Shown here: piece by piece, positions 16,918-25,453 of the stretch
Numbering within the stretch: the stretch's first letter is position 1
How the letters are laid out: each line of letters starts with the position of its first letter
Assembly: GCA_009772895.1 (NCBI GenBank)
Contig: WOUP01000007.1
Coordinates: 129,798 to 193,797 of the forward strand
Source of the DNA: Puniceicoccaceae bacterium 5H
GTDB lineage: Bacteria; Verrucomicrobiota; Verrucomicrobiia; Opitutales; Oceanipulchritudinaceae
Reading direction: 5' to 3'
DNA: 64,000 nucleotides
Notes under the pieces: model-generated
Database searches by the model: none
The model's input: only the letters and a program-made list of their open reading frames with translations
Told to the model about the DNA's origin: nothing
Position numbers and translations under genes: made by a program

Positions 16918-18351
16918 ATGGACAAGAAAATAGATGCATTGAACAATCAAACGCTGAACTATGGCCCTATTGAGTCTTTCGATCAGGACTTGCTAGATCT
17001 ACACACTTTTGCAGACAGGCTGGAATCATTTATCCGAGTGGAGCACCTGTTTGTGGGGGATGGTCTCGTGTTAGGACTCAATGCACCTTTTGGCCACGGG
17101 AAGACGACATTCCTCAATATGTGGGAGGATCGTTTGAAGAAGAGGCGCAAGGCCGATCCAAATGAGGGCGACGTCTCCACTCCAACTCCTATGGTCATTC
17201 GGGTGAACGCTTGGCAGTCGGATTATCTGAGTGATCCCCTGTGTGCAATCGTAAGTAAGATTATAGAGGAGTTGAAAGAAGAGGGGCACAATAATGGTCA
17301 AGTGAACGAGATCTCTAAGGCTTTTAAAAAAATGGGCTGGTTTGGTTTAGCCATTGGTGGCCAGATTGTACAAAAGGTGACCGGCATCAACGCGATTGAA
17401 GCAGGGGAAGTTGCAGAGAAGCGTGTGCAGAGTGGAAATGATGAAAATCAGGAATCGAATCCGTTCGATGTTTTTCAGGCTAGACAAAGGGCAATGGGAG
17501 AACTGAAGGCCGCGTTAAGTGATGCCTTTCAAGGCAAGGAGCCAACTGTCTATATCTTAGTTGATGAATTGGATCGGTGCCGCCCTGATTATGCCATCAC
17601 GTTTCTGGAGACCATAAAGCACATTTTCGACATCCGGGGTTTGGTTTTTGTGTTGGCTGTAGATCGCGATCATCTTGAAGTGTCCGCGAAGGCGGCTTTT
17701 GGGCGTGGACTGAATTTCGATGAATACTACCGAAAGTTTCTGCAGCGCGAAGTTAACTTACCGAAAATGTCTGATAAAGGTAATAAGCGGATGATCGATC
17801 AGTTCATTGATAAATATGTGAAAGTAATAGATCGAAGGGTTTGCTGTGCCGACATTAAAGAAGCGATGAATGATGGCTTGTATGGCTTTCTTCATCATGC
17901 CTCATTAACTCCTCGGCAACTCACGGAAATGTTCCGTATTTTGGGTCATATTCTGGCGCGAAACAGGGAGGAGTCGATGTGGATGTTGCACAATATAGCG
18001 CAAGTGACTGTCATAATGTCAGCTTTAAGGTTTGTTAATTCAACATGGTACGAAGGTTTGGCTAATGGTGGGCTCAGTGAGGATGATGTAATAGGAGCCG
18101 TTAAAAAATACTTTGATGAAGATATTCAGAATGAATGGCTAACTTTCTTCTTTGGAGGCTACTGCTTGGTCGTCGACCAGAAAGCTGATTATGCAGGTTT
18201 CATGGGTAAAGCGGGTGAGGAAATTGGTGATCCTCCTGCCGGTGGATGGTCTTCGCATTTGCGTTCGAGTGGCCAGTGGGGGCGGTCTTATATCAATTGG
18301 TTTAGCAGGGTGCGTCATTGCATTGAGGAACTTGAGCAAATGAGTGCCTAA
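16918..18351 (+). CDS. KAP-family P-loop NTPase
   Basis: Walker A LNAPFGHGKTTFL. KAP-type Walker B region VYILVDELDRCRPDYAITFLETIKHIF. Helical C-terminal half. A/T-ending codon usage unlike all neighbours. Confidence 0.85.
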   Translation: MDKKIDALNNQTLNYGPIESFDQDLLDLHTFADRLESFIRVEHLFVGDGLVLGLNAPFGHGKTTFLNMWEDRLKKRRKADPNEGDVSTPTPMVIRVNAWQSDYLSDPLCAIVSKIIEELKEEGHNNGQVNEISKAFKKMGWFGLAIGGQIVQKVTGINAIEAGEVAEKRVQSGNDENQESNPFDVFQARQRAMGELKAALSDAFQGKEPTVYILVDELDRCRPDYAITFLETIKHIFDIRGLVFVLAVDRDHLEVSAKAAFGRGLNFDEYYRKFLQREVNLPKMSDKGNKRMIDQFIDKYVKVIDRRVCCADIKEAMNDGLYGFLHHASLTPRQLTEMFRILGHILARNREESMWMLHNIAQVTVIMSALRFVNSTWYEGLANGGLSEDDVIGAVKKYFDEDIQNEWLTFFFGGYCLVVDQKADYAGFMGKAGEEIGDPPAGGWSSHLRSSGQWGRSYINWFSRVRHCIEELEQMSA

Positions 18352-18367
18352 GCTTGATCTCGGACTG

Positions 18368-18410
18368 ATGGAGACGTCGAGGCCCAGCAGGTCCCTCCAT
18401 TTTTCTTTTT
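18368..18410 (+). terminator. Intrinsic terminator after the KAP NTPase gene
   Basis: atggagGAC...GTCcctccat imperfect stem (18368-18400) followed by ttttcttttt. Confidence 0.5.
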
Positions 18411-18432
18411 GTGGATTCTGTGTCTTTTGTGG

Positions 18433-18970
18433 CGAACCCCTGATGCTTTGCTGCTAGCAGGCGACGATGGCACCCCTTCAGGGTGCTTATGGGGCGTGGG
18501 CTTATCCGGGGGTCTTCGCTACGCTCGACGCCCCGGCTACGTTATGCGACCCCTCCGGGGTCGGATTGCTGCTCGACGGGCGTTGGTGAGCGGAAGGCTA
18601 TCCGGGGGTCTTCGCTGCGCTCGACACCCCGGCTACGTTATGTGACCCCTTCGGGGTCGGAGTGCGGGTCGGTGGGCGTTGGTGAGCGGAAGTGGCGGGG
18701 GTTGGTGCTGGAGCTGGCACCCACTTCGGGGTGCGCTGGCGGAGGTGGTTGGTTCCGGTGGTGTCAGCCGCCAAGGCGGCTTCAACCACCGGCGATAGGC
18801 GGTGACCCCTTCGGGGTCGGCTATGGGGTCGGGTGCTGGTGAGCGGCACGGTGAGCAAGCTGAAGGCTTGCCATATCGTAGCCGGTGGTTGAGCACGCGC
18901 AGCGGGCGACACCACCGGTAGGCGTGCCCCCGCGGCGGCACCTTGAAGAGGTGCCAGAACGGTGCGCTAC
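18433..18970. repeat. Block of stacked GC-rich hairpin repeat modules (same family as 174-388), bracketed by a 17-nt imperfect direct repeat
   Basis: Hairpins: gcaccccttcagggtgc (18470-18486); GACCCC-TTCG/TCCG-GGGTC at 18548-18562, 18644-18658 and 18804-18818; CCGGTGGT...ACCACCGG at 18755-18792 and 18882-18918; gcaccttgaagaggtgc 18938-18954. Flanks: TTCTGTGTCTTTTGTGG (18416-18432) vs TTCTGTGCCTTTTGTGA (18971-18987), 15/17 identical. Confidence 0.8.
18503..18694. repeat. Tandem duplication, 2 x 96 bp (about 87% identical by hand alignment), inside the hairpin block
   Basis: Unit 1 (18503-18598) starts tatccgggggtcttcgctacgctcgacgccccggctacgttatgcgacccctccggggtcgg. Unit 2 (18599-18694) starts tatccgggggtcttcgctgcgctcgacaccccggctacgttatgtgaccccttcggggtcgg. 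A third partial copy is at 18801-18846. Confidence 0.85.
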
Positions 18971-19057
18971 TTCTGTGCCTTTTGTGATCCAAGCGCGCCC
19001 CCGCTTTCGCGTGTCTTCTGCGTGGCCATTGGTGGAAAAAGCCTCAAGCTGTGGGGG

Positions 19058-19879
19058 ATGCGTTGGAAGTGCACCGTCGCGTATGACGGGACCGATTTCG
19101 AGGGCTGGCAGTCACAGCCGAGCAAGAATACCGTGCAGGACCACCTGGAGCGACGGCTTGCGTTTCTGTTCAAGCGGGACGTGCGCGTGCATGGCTCGGG
19201 GCGGACGGATAGCGGGGTCCACGCCAACGCGCAGGTGTTCCACTTCGACGGCGAGTGGAAATGGGCGCCGGAGGACTTGCTCAAGGCGCTGCGCGTGGGC
19301 TACCCGGACTCGATCCAGGTCTACCGGGCGGAGCGGGTCAGCGACGACTTCCACGCGCGCTTTTCGGCGGTGGGCAAGCGCTACGTCTACCACTTTTACG
19401 AGGGCTTTGCCGGGCCGTTCGATTACCGCTGGCATTGGTCGCTGGGCCATTGGCGGCTCGACCTCGACCGGGTGAACGAGGCGGCGCAGCAACTGATCGG
19501 CAAACACGATTTCGCGCCCTTCAGCGCCAATCCGCGCGACGGGCGCGAGGAGAGCACGGTCAAGGATCTGCGCCGGCTGGAAGTGGTGCGCAACGGGCGA
19601 CACCTGACCCTGGTGACGGAGGCCTCGGGCTATTTATTCCGCATGGTGCGCAGCCTCGCGGGCTGCCTGGTCAATGTCGGCATCGGTCGCCTGAGTCAGG
19701 ACGACCTGCGCGAGATCCTCGAATGCGGCGTGCGCACCGAGCGTGTGGTGACGGCGCCCGCGCGGGGCCTGTTCCTCGACCGCGTCTATTACGAAGGCCA
19801 CGATACGCCCGATCCCGACCCGACCAAAATCGTCTTCGGCGGCCCCGCGCACAGTCCGTGGCAAGGAGAGGGCAGGTGA
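19058..19879 (+). CDS. truA: tRNA pseudouridine(38-40) synthase TruA
   Basis: MRWKCTVAYDGTDFEGWQSQP..., catalytic GSGRTDSGVHA, 273 aa. The track start 18962 runs into the repeat block and is rejected. Confidence 0.9.
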   Translation: MRWKCTVAYDGTDFEGWQSQPSKNTVQDHLERRLAFLFKRDVRVHGSGRTDSGVHANAQVFHFDGEWKWAPEDLLKALRVGYPDSIQVYRAERVSDDFHARFSAVGKRYVYHFYEGFAGPFDYRWHWSLGHWRLDLDRVNEAAQQLIGKHDFAPFSANPRDGREESTVKDLRRLEVVRNGRHLTLVTEASGYLFRMVRSLAGCLVNVGIGRLSQDDLREILECGVRTERVVTAPARGLFLDRVYYEGHDTPDPDPTKIVFGGPAHSPWQGEGR

Positions 19880-19971
19880 ACGCCCCGCTGCGGTCGCATT
19901 TGATTCCCTAGCTTGTTAATGATAAGCGAAAGTGGTTTGCGCGATTAGCCTGAGTTGCTCAAAATTCGCGC

Positions 19972-20676
19972 ATGAAACGCGTGCATTTCGGATCGGCAGT
20001 CTTGATTCCCGGGTTGTGGTGGCTGTGCGGTTGCTCGTCGCCCGGGCCTGCTTTCTTCCAGGATGCCGGGGACCCGTCGGCCGACCGCTACCGCTATACG
20101 CGTGACTCTCAAGCGGTGGCAGGCGTGGGGGAGCCAGCCTACTTCTGGCAGGCTTACGATGCCGCGACGGATGAGTCTGGCAAGAAGAGGATACGCAACG
20201 AGGTCACCTGGGAATTGATCCGCAAAGTCGACGTCGGTTTTACCAACTACGTGCGGGAACTGCGGGGAGGCGACGCCGCGATCTCCCTCAGCTCCGATCT
20301 GATCGTGTTGGGCACGAGCGCGACTTCGACGGCGGTGGGGGCGGCGAGTACCAAGACCGTTTTTTCGGGCATTACCACATTCGTGTCGGGCAGCAAGGCC
20401 GCTTACGAAACGACGGTCAACCGCGACCAGGTGATCGAGGTGCTGGTGCTCAAGATGCTGGAAATGCGTGCCCTGAAGCTGCAGGAAATCAGCGAGCAAC
20501 TGAGCGAAAGCACCGACGCATATCCGCTGACCCGCGCGGTGGCCGATGTCGCGCAATATTACCAGATCGGTTCTACTTCGTTTGCGTTGGCCAACCTCTA
20601 TCAGCAGCAGGCGACGCAGACGCATGACGCCTTGGAGGCCTCACGTGTGCGAGCGCCGGCGGAAGATCAGCGGTAG
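19972..20676 (+). CDS. Hypothetical lipoprotein
   Basis: Signal peptide plus lipobox (LWWLCGCSS), high GC3, no recognisable domain. The 3' end overlaps the convergent NhaC gene by 36 nt. Confidence 0.6.
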   Translation: MKRVHFGSAVLIPGLWWLCGCSSPGPAFFQDAGDPSADRYRYTRDSQAVAGVGEPAYFWQAYDAATDESGKKRIRNEVTWELIRKVDVGFTNYVRELRGGDAAISLSSDLIVLGTSATSTAVGAASTKTVFSGITTFVSGSKAAYETTVNRDQVIEVLVLKMLEMRALKLQEISEQLSESTDAYPLTRAVADVAQYYQIGSTSFALANLYQQQATQTHDALEASRVRAPAEDQR

Positions 20677-22260
20677 CGTGAAGATGATGACGGCGATGAT
20701 CGCGAGGCTGCCGTAGGCATTGGTCCAGCCGCGTCCAACGGGCCAGTAGCCGACCAGGGCGGCCAGCGAGGCGGCGATCAGGGCGTAGGGCATTTGGGTG
20801 CGCACGTGCTCGACCGGCTCTACGCCGCAGGCGATGGACGACATGATGGTGGTGTCGCTGAAGGGGCTGCAGTGGTCGCCGAAGACGGCTCCGCCAAAAA
20901 CCGCGCTGACCACGGCGGCGAGCAAGGTCCCGAGGTCGGCGCACTCGGCGGTGATGTCGAAGGCGCTGACGGCGGGCAGGGCGAGCGGCATGAGCAGGGC
21001 CATCGTGCCCCAGGCGCTGCCGGTCGAAAACGAGATGAACGCGCCGGTCAGAAACACCGCGAGCGGCAGGTAGCCGACCGGCATGTTGCCCTCGAGCACC
21101 TGCGCGATGGCGTCGGCGGCGTCGAGCGCACTGATGACGCTGCCGATGATCCAGGCCGCCATCAGGATGAGCAGCGGGGCGGCCATGTTGCGTGCGCCCT
21201 GAAAAAAGATGTGCGCCGCGCTCGGCTGGCCCTCGCGCCGGGGAAAGAGCAGGAAGGCAGTCAACAGGCCCGGCAGGCTGCCCAGCACGAGGATCAGCGC
21301 GCCCTGTTCGCTGCCAAAGGCAAGCGCCAGCTTGTGGGGCGTGACCGGCCAGAGCGGGCGGGCTTCCCACACGTAGTAGAGCCCCATGATGCCGAGCACG
21401 AGCATGGCGAGGGGCAGGAGGGTGCTCCAGACCGAGCCGGCGGGACCGTCTTCCGTCACGGCTTCGGCCGGGGTATCGTGGGCCTCCAGGCGCGCCCGGC
21501 GTTCGGCGGCGCCCATCGGGCCGATATTCCAGTTGCGCCAAATGCTCCAAACCATGAGCAGCAGGGTGGCGAGCACGTAAAAATTGGTGGGGATGGACGC
21601 GAAGTAGAGCTCGGTCGGCGTATAGCGATCGAGCATGCCCAGCTCTCCCAGGCCGCTCTGGATCAGGGTCAGCTGGGTGGCGATCCATGTGGAGATAAAG
21701 GCGATGCAGGCCACGGCCGAGCTGGTGCTGTCGGCCAGGTAGGCCATCTTTTCGGCCGAGACGCCCGAGGGCTTGGCGAGGGAACGCGTGACGCGACCGA
21801 TGAGCAAGGCGTTGGCCAGGCCATCGAAAAAGCAGACGAAGCCGAGTGCGATGGTCGCCATCTGCAGGTTGCGCGCGTGGTTGGTGCCGCGCTCGAGCAG
21901 CTTGCTCACGATGGTGCGCATGCCGCCACTGGCCTCGATCAGCGCCGCAAAGCCCCCGAGCAGCAGGCTGAAGAGGATCGCCCCCTGGTTCCACGAGCTG
22001 GTGAAGGCTGGCGCCAGGTGCGTAACAGGCAGCGACCACGCCGCCGTGAGCGGATTGCCCCCGTGCAGGAGCAGCGCCCCGGCAAAGGCGCCCGCCAGCA
22101 GGCTGACGATGACGCGGCGCAGCAGCCACACCCCCACCAGGCCTACTGCGGTCGGCCACAGCGCGCGCCAGGGGGATTCGACCAGCAACAGGAAGTAGGA
22201 GCCCGCAGCCGCAGCAAGCAGGTAAAGAATGAGGGTGAGCCGGTGACGAGTCTGCGCCAT
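20641..22260 (-). CDS. Na+/H+ antiporter, NhaC family
   Basis: 539 aa with about 12 TM segments and NhaC-like segments (GGMRTIVSKLLERG, FFDGLANALLIGRV). Its ATG directly abuts the stop of the upstream methyltransferase (TAAATG). Confidence 0.85.
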   Translation of the reverse strand: MAQTRHRLTLILYLLAAAAGSYFLLLVESPWRALWPTAVGLVGVWLLRRVIVSLLAGAFAGALLLHGGNPLTAAWSLPVTHLAPAFTSSWNQGAILFSLLLGGFAALIEASGGMRTIVSKLLERGTNHARNLQMATIALGFVCFFDGLANALLIGRVTRSLAKPSGVSAEKMAYLADSTSSAVACIAFISTWIATQLTLIQSGLGELGMLDRYTPTELYFASIPTNFYVLATLLLMVWSIWRNWNIGPMGAAERRARLEAHDTPAEAVTEDGPAGSVWSTLLPLAMLVLGIMGLYYVWEARPLWPVTPHKLALAFGSEQGALILVLGSLPGLLTAFLLFPRREGQPSAAHIFFQGARNMAAPLLILMAAWIIGSVISALDAADAIAQVLEGNMPVGYLPLAVFLTGAFISFSTGSAWGTMALLMPLALPAVSAFDITAECADLGTLLAAVVSAVFGGAVFGDHCSPFSDTTIMSSIACGVEPVEHVRTQMPYALIAASLAALVGYWPVGRGWTNAYGSLAIIAVIIFTLPLIFRRRSHT

Positions 22261-23028
22261 TTACGCGTCTTGCTCTCGGCGACGCCAGATGCTGGCCTGA
22301 GCGACCGACCACTGGTATTTGCGGCGGTGCTCCCGGATGATGAAGGGCAGATCCTTCGTCTCGACCAGCTCGAAGTGGGGCGCGAGGGCTTCCTGCAGCG
22401 CTTCGAGCGGTTCTCCGGTTTCGGGCGTCGCGCCGAGCCAGTATTCCTTGGCGGTAAACGACTCCAGCCACGTATTGGGCGTGGTGATGACGAGTTGCCC
22501 GCCGGGGTTGACCAGGCTGGGCAGGCGCTCGAGCAACAGCTGCGGGCGCGGCAGGCGGCAGAGGAGGTTGCAGGCCAGCACCACGTCGAAGCTGCCCAGG
22601 TCGGGCCGCAGGCGCTGGGCGTCCCCCTGCTCGAAGCGCACGCGAGAGCAGGGCACATCCGGCAGGCGCGCGGTGTGGGTGGTATAGATACTGCCGGTCT
22701 CGACCACCTCGTATGGCAGCTCCTTGTCGCGGCACAGCGTGCGGGCCGCAAAGATGAAGGTATAGGAAAAGTCGATGCCGATGACCGCGTGACAATGGCG
22801 CGCCAGCTCGAAGGTGCTGCGGCCTACAGCGCAGCCGAGGTCGAGGGCGGTGGCGTTTTCGGGCAGCGCGGCTGTATCGACGCACTCCGTCACGCAACGC
22901 AGGGGGAAGTCCAGCGCGCTGGCGGGGCCTTCCTTCCAGGGCAGCTGTTCTACGGGGTCGCCGTAATGGAAGAGCAGATACTGACTCAGCAGCTCATCGG
23001 TTTCATAGACATTTGCATCGGACGCCAT
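22261..23028 (-). CDS. Class I SAM-dependent methyltransferase, OvoA C-terminal-like (putative 4-mercaptohistidine N1-methyltransferase family)
   Basis: YETDELLSQYLLFHYG N-terminus, SAM motif I LDLGCAVGRSTFELA, later GGQLVITTPNTW. The subfamily call is from memory of the TIGR04345-type pattern. Confidence 0.7.
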   Translation of the reverse strand: MASDANVYETDELLSQYLLFHYGDPVEQLPWKEGPASALDFPLRCVTECVDTAALPENATALDLGCAVGRSTFELARHCHAVIGIDFSYTFIFAARTLCRDKELPYEVVETGSIYTTHTARLPDVPCSRVRFEQGDAQRLRPDLGSFDVVLACNLLCRLPRPQLLLERLPSLVNPGGQLVITTPNTWLESFTAKEYWLGATPETGEPLEALQEALAPHFELVETKDLPFIIREHRRKYQWSVAQASIWRRREQDA

Positions 23029-23054
23029 GACTGCAGCCTAGCTCAAGATGTGGT

Positions 23055-23639
23055 TCAGTTCCACTCCGGAGGGTTCTGGCACTCGGCCTTCAACACGCCG
23101 ATGCCCGGCAGGTTGCGGTAACGCTCGGCAAAATCGAGGCCATAGCCGACCACAAATTCGTCCGGGATGCCAAAGCCGACGAAGTCGGGTTTCACGGCCA
23201 CCTCCAGGCGGTCTTCTTTTTGCAGCAGCACGCAGAGGGCGAGGCTGGCGGGCTTTTCCTGCTGCAACTCGCGCATCACGCGCTTCATGGTATGCCCGGT
23301 ATCGAGGATGTCGTCGATGATCAGCACATGCCGGTCATGCAAGTCCAGGTGGATGCGATCCAGGATCTGGGGCTTGCTGGCGGGCCGGGTCTGGTCCTGA
23401 TAGCTCGACACGCGGATGCAGTCGAGGCGGACCGGGCGTTGGATGCTGCGCATGAGATCGGCCGTAAAGGGGAGGGCGCCATTGATGATGGCGACCAGCG
23501 TCAACTCATCCACATTGGCATAGTGGTTGGTGATGGCCTGCCCGAGCTCCTGCACGCGCGCCTGAATTTCTTCGGGCGCAATCAGAAACCGATCGAGGTC
23601 TTGCTCCCAGGCGGCAAACGTCGTGCGACCGTCTTGCAT
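23055..23639 (-). CDS. hpt: Hypoxanthine phosphoribosyltransferase
   Basis: PRPP-binding motif HVLIIDDILDTGHT; LVAIINGALPFTADL; SSYQDQT. Confidence 0.9.
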   Translation of the reverse strand: MQDGRTTFAAWEQDLDRFLIAPEEIQARVQELGQAITNHYANVDELTLVAIINGALPFTADLMRSIQRPVRLDCIRVSSYQDQTRPASKPQILDRIHLDLHDRHVLIIDDILDTGHTMKRVMRELQQEKPASLALCVLLQKEDRLEVAVKPDFVGFGIPDEFVVGYGLDFAERYRNLPGIGVLKAECQNPPEWN

Positions 23640-23821
23640 GAGGGCAAAAGCTAGATGGACCCCGGTACCCTGTCAAAATAAAGGCAGGGAAAGTTTTACG
23701 CACCTGGCGCCCTCCTTTACTGGGGCCGAAATCGGGGATGCGGCTGTGCGAATGCCTGATTCCATGCGATCTTGGTCCTTAGCGTTCCCCCTAGCTGTAA
23801 CCCAGTCTCAACCTTTCGTCC

Positions 23822-25411
23822 TTGCCAGATGCGGGGCGAACCACTGAAACAGTCCTCGTGGACAAGCTCGCCCTTCTTTCCGTTAGTGACAAATCCGGGC
23901 TCGTGGCCTTCGCCGAAGCCCTCGTGAAGCAGCACGGCTACACCCTGCTTTCGACGGGTGGCACCGCTCGCGCGATTCAAGCCGCCGGCCTGCCGGTGAC
24001 GGAAGTCAGTGAATACACCGGCTTCCCGGAAATGATGGAGGGGCGCGTGAAGACGCTCCACCCCAAGGTGCACGGCGGCCTGCTGGCTCGTCGCGATGTG
24101 CCGGAACACCTGGAGCAGGCCAAGGCGCACGGCATCGGGTTGATCGACCTGGTGGTGGTCAACCTCTACCCGTTCGAGGAAACGATCCGCAAGCCGGGCG
24201 TCTCGCTGGGCGAAGCGATCGAGCAGATCGACATCGGCGGCCCCTCCATGTTGCGCAGCGCGGCCAAGAACCACGCCTCCGTCTCCGTGGTGGTCGATCC
24301 GGATGATTACGACCGGGTGCTCGAGGCGATGGGCAATGAAAAGCAGCTGGCCGAGCTGCGTCGCCAACTCGCCGTCAAGGTCTACCAACGCACGAGTGCC
24401 TACGACGCTGCCATCAGCAGCTATCTGGCCGAGCAATACCAGGAAGACGCGCCGGATACGGCCGCGCTGGCCGGCTTCCCGGGTACGCTGGAGTTCTCCC
24501 TGCCCAAGACCCAGGACCTGCGCTACGGCGAAAACCCCCACCAGAAGGCCGCCCTCTACGGTCGCTTCTTCGAGGTGTTCGAGCAGCTGCAAGGCAAGGA
24601 GCTGAGCTTTAACAACATCATCGACATCTCCGCCGCCACCTACCTGATCGGCGAGTTCGAGAAGCCGACCGTCGGCATCCTCAAGCACACCAACCCCTGC
24701 GGCGTCGCCAGCGCGATGAACCTCTGCGACGCCTGGGATCAGGCTTTTGCCACCGACCGCCAGGCCCCGTTTGGCGGCATCATCGTGGCCAACCAGACGG
24801 TGGACGAAGAGCTGGCCAACCGCATCCGCGAGATTTTCTGCGAGGTCATCATCGCCCCGCACTTTACCGACGAGGCACTCGCGCTCTTTGCCAAGCGCAA
24901 GAACCTGCGCCTCATGATCGCCAAGGACGGCGTGGGCGCCGAGAGCCTCAAGGACATCCGCAGCGCCGTCGGTGGCCTGTTGGTGCAGGATCGCGACCAG
25001 CGCAAGGTCTATCCGCAGCACTGCAAGGTCGTGACCGAGCGTCAACCGACCGACGAAGAGTGGGCCGCCATGATGTTTGGCTGGCGCGTGGTGAAGCACG
25101 TGAAGAGCAACGCCATCGTCTACGCTTCCGCCGAGCGCACCCTCGGCATCGGGGCCGGCCAGATGTCGCGCGTCGACGCCTCCAAGATCGCGGTTTGGAA
25201 GGCCGGTGAGGCGAAGCTCCCGCTGCAGGGCTCCGTCATCTGCTCAGACGCTTTCTTCCCGTTCCCTGACGGCCTGATCGCCGCCGCTGAAGCCGGTGCC
25301 ACCGCCGCTATCCAACCCGGTGGTTCGGTGAGGGATGACGAGGTTATCGCCGCCGCAAACGAGCGTGGTTTGGCCATGGTATTCACCGGCGTGCGTCATT
25401 TTCGTCATTAA
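23822..25411 (+). CDS. purH: Bifunctional AICAR transformylase / IMP cyclohydrolase PurH
   Basis: [17 protein letters not shown]-like domain, [22 protein letters not shown], full-length C-terminus ...TGVRHFRH. The start codon is TTG at 23822; a GTG about 36 nt downstream is equally possible. Confidence 0.93.
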   Translation: MPDAGRTTETVLVDKLALLSVSDKSGLVAFAEALVKQHGYTLLSTGGTARAIQAAGLPVTEVSEYTGFPEMMEGRVKTLHPKVHGGLLARRDVPEHLEQAKAHGIGLIDLVVVNLYPFEETIRKPGVSLGEAIEQIDIGGPSMLRSAAKNHASVSVVVDPDDYDRVLEAMGNEKQLAELRRQLAVKVYQRTSAYDAAISSYLAEQYQEDAPDTAALAGFPGTLEFSLPKTQDLRYGENPHQKAALYGRFFEVFEQLQGKELSFNNIIDISAATYLIGEFEKPTVGILKHTNPCGVASAMNLCDAWDQAFATDRQAPFGGIIVANQTVDEELANRIREIFCEVIIAPHFTDEALALFAKRKNLRLMIAKDGVGAESLKDIRSAVGGLLVQDRDQRKVYPQHCKVVTERQPTDEEWAAMMFGWRVVKHVKSNAIVYASAERTLGIGAGQMSRVDASKIAVWKAGEAKLPLQGSVICSDAFFPFPDGLIAAAEAGATAAIQPGGSVRDDEVIAAANERGLAMVFTGVRHFRH

Positions 25412-25453
25412 AGTATTGGCTTCATTTGTAACTAACATATTAGTCCCTAGTAA

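Noticed and set aside
18503-18846. Possible CRISPR array, because of the regularly spaced repeats
   Set aside because: The 96-bp units are directly adjacent with no unique spacers. There are only 2.5 copies, about 87% identical. Each unit contains several different hairpins, and there are no cas genes. This is a tandem duplication of a repeat element, not a CRISPR array.
20573-23121. Two ORFs of about 775 aa (20573-22897 minus, 20794-23121 plus) spanning the NhaC/methyltransferase region
   Set aside because: The translations are Arg/Pro/Gly/Ala-rich low-complexity strings with no motifs. They are out-of-frame or antisense shadows of the well-supported NhaC and methyltransferase frames, as expected in high-GC DNA where stop codons are rare.
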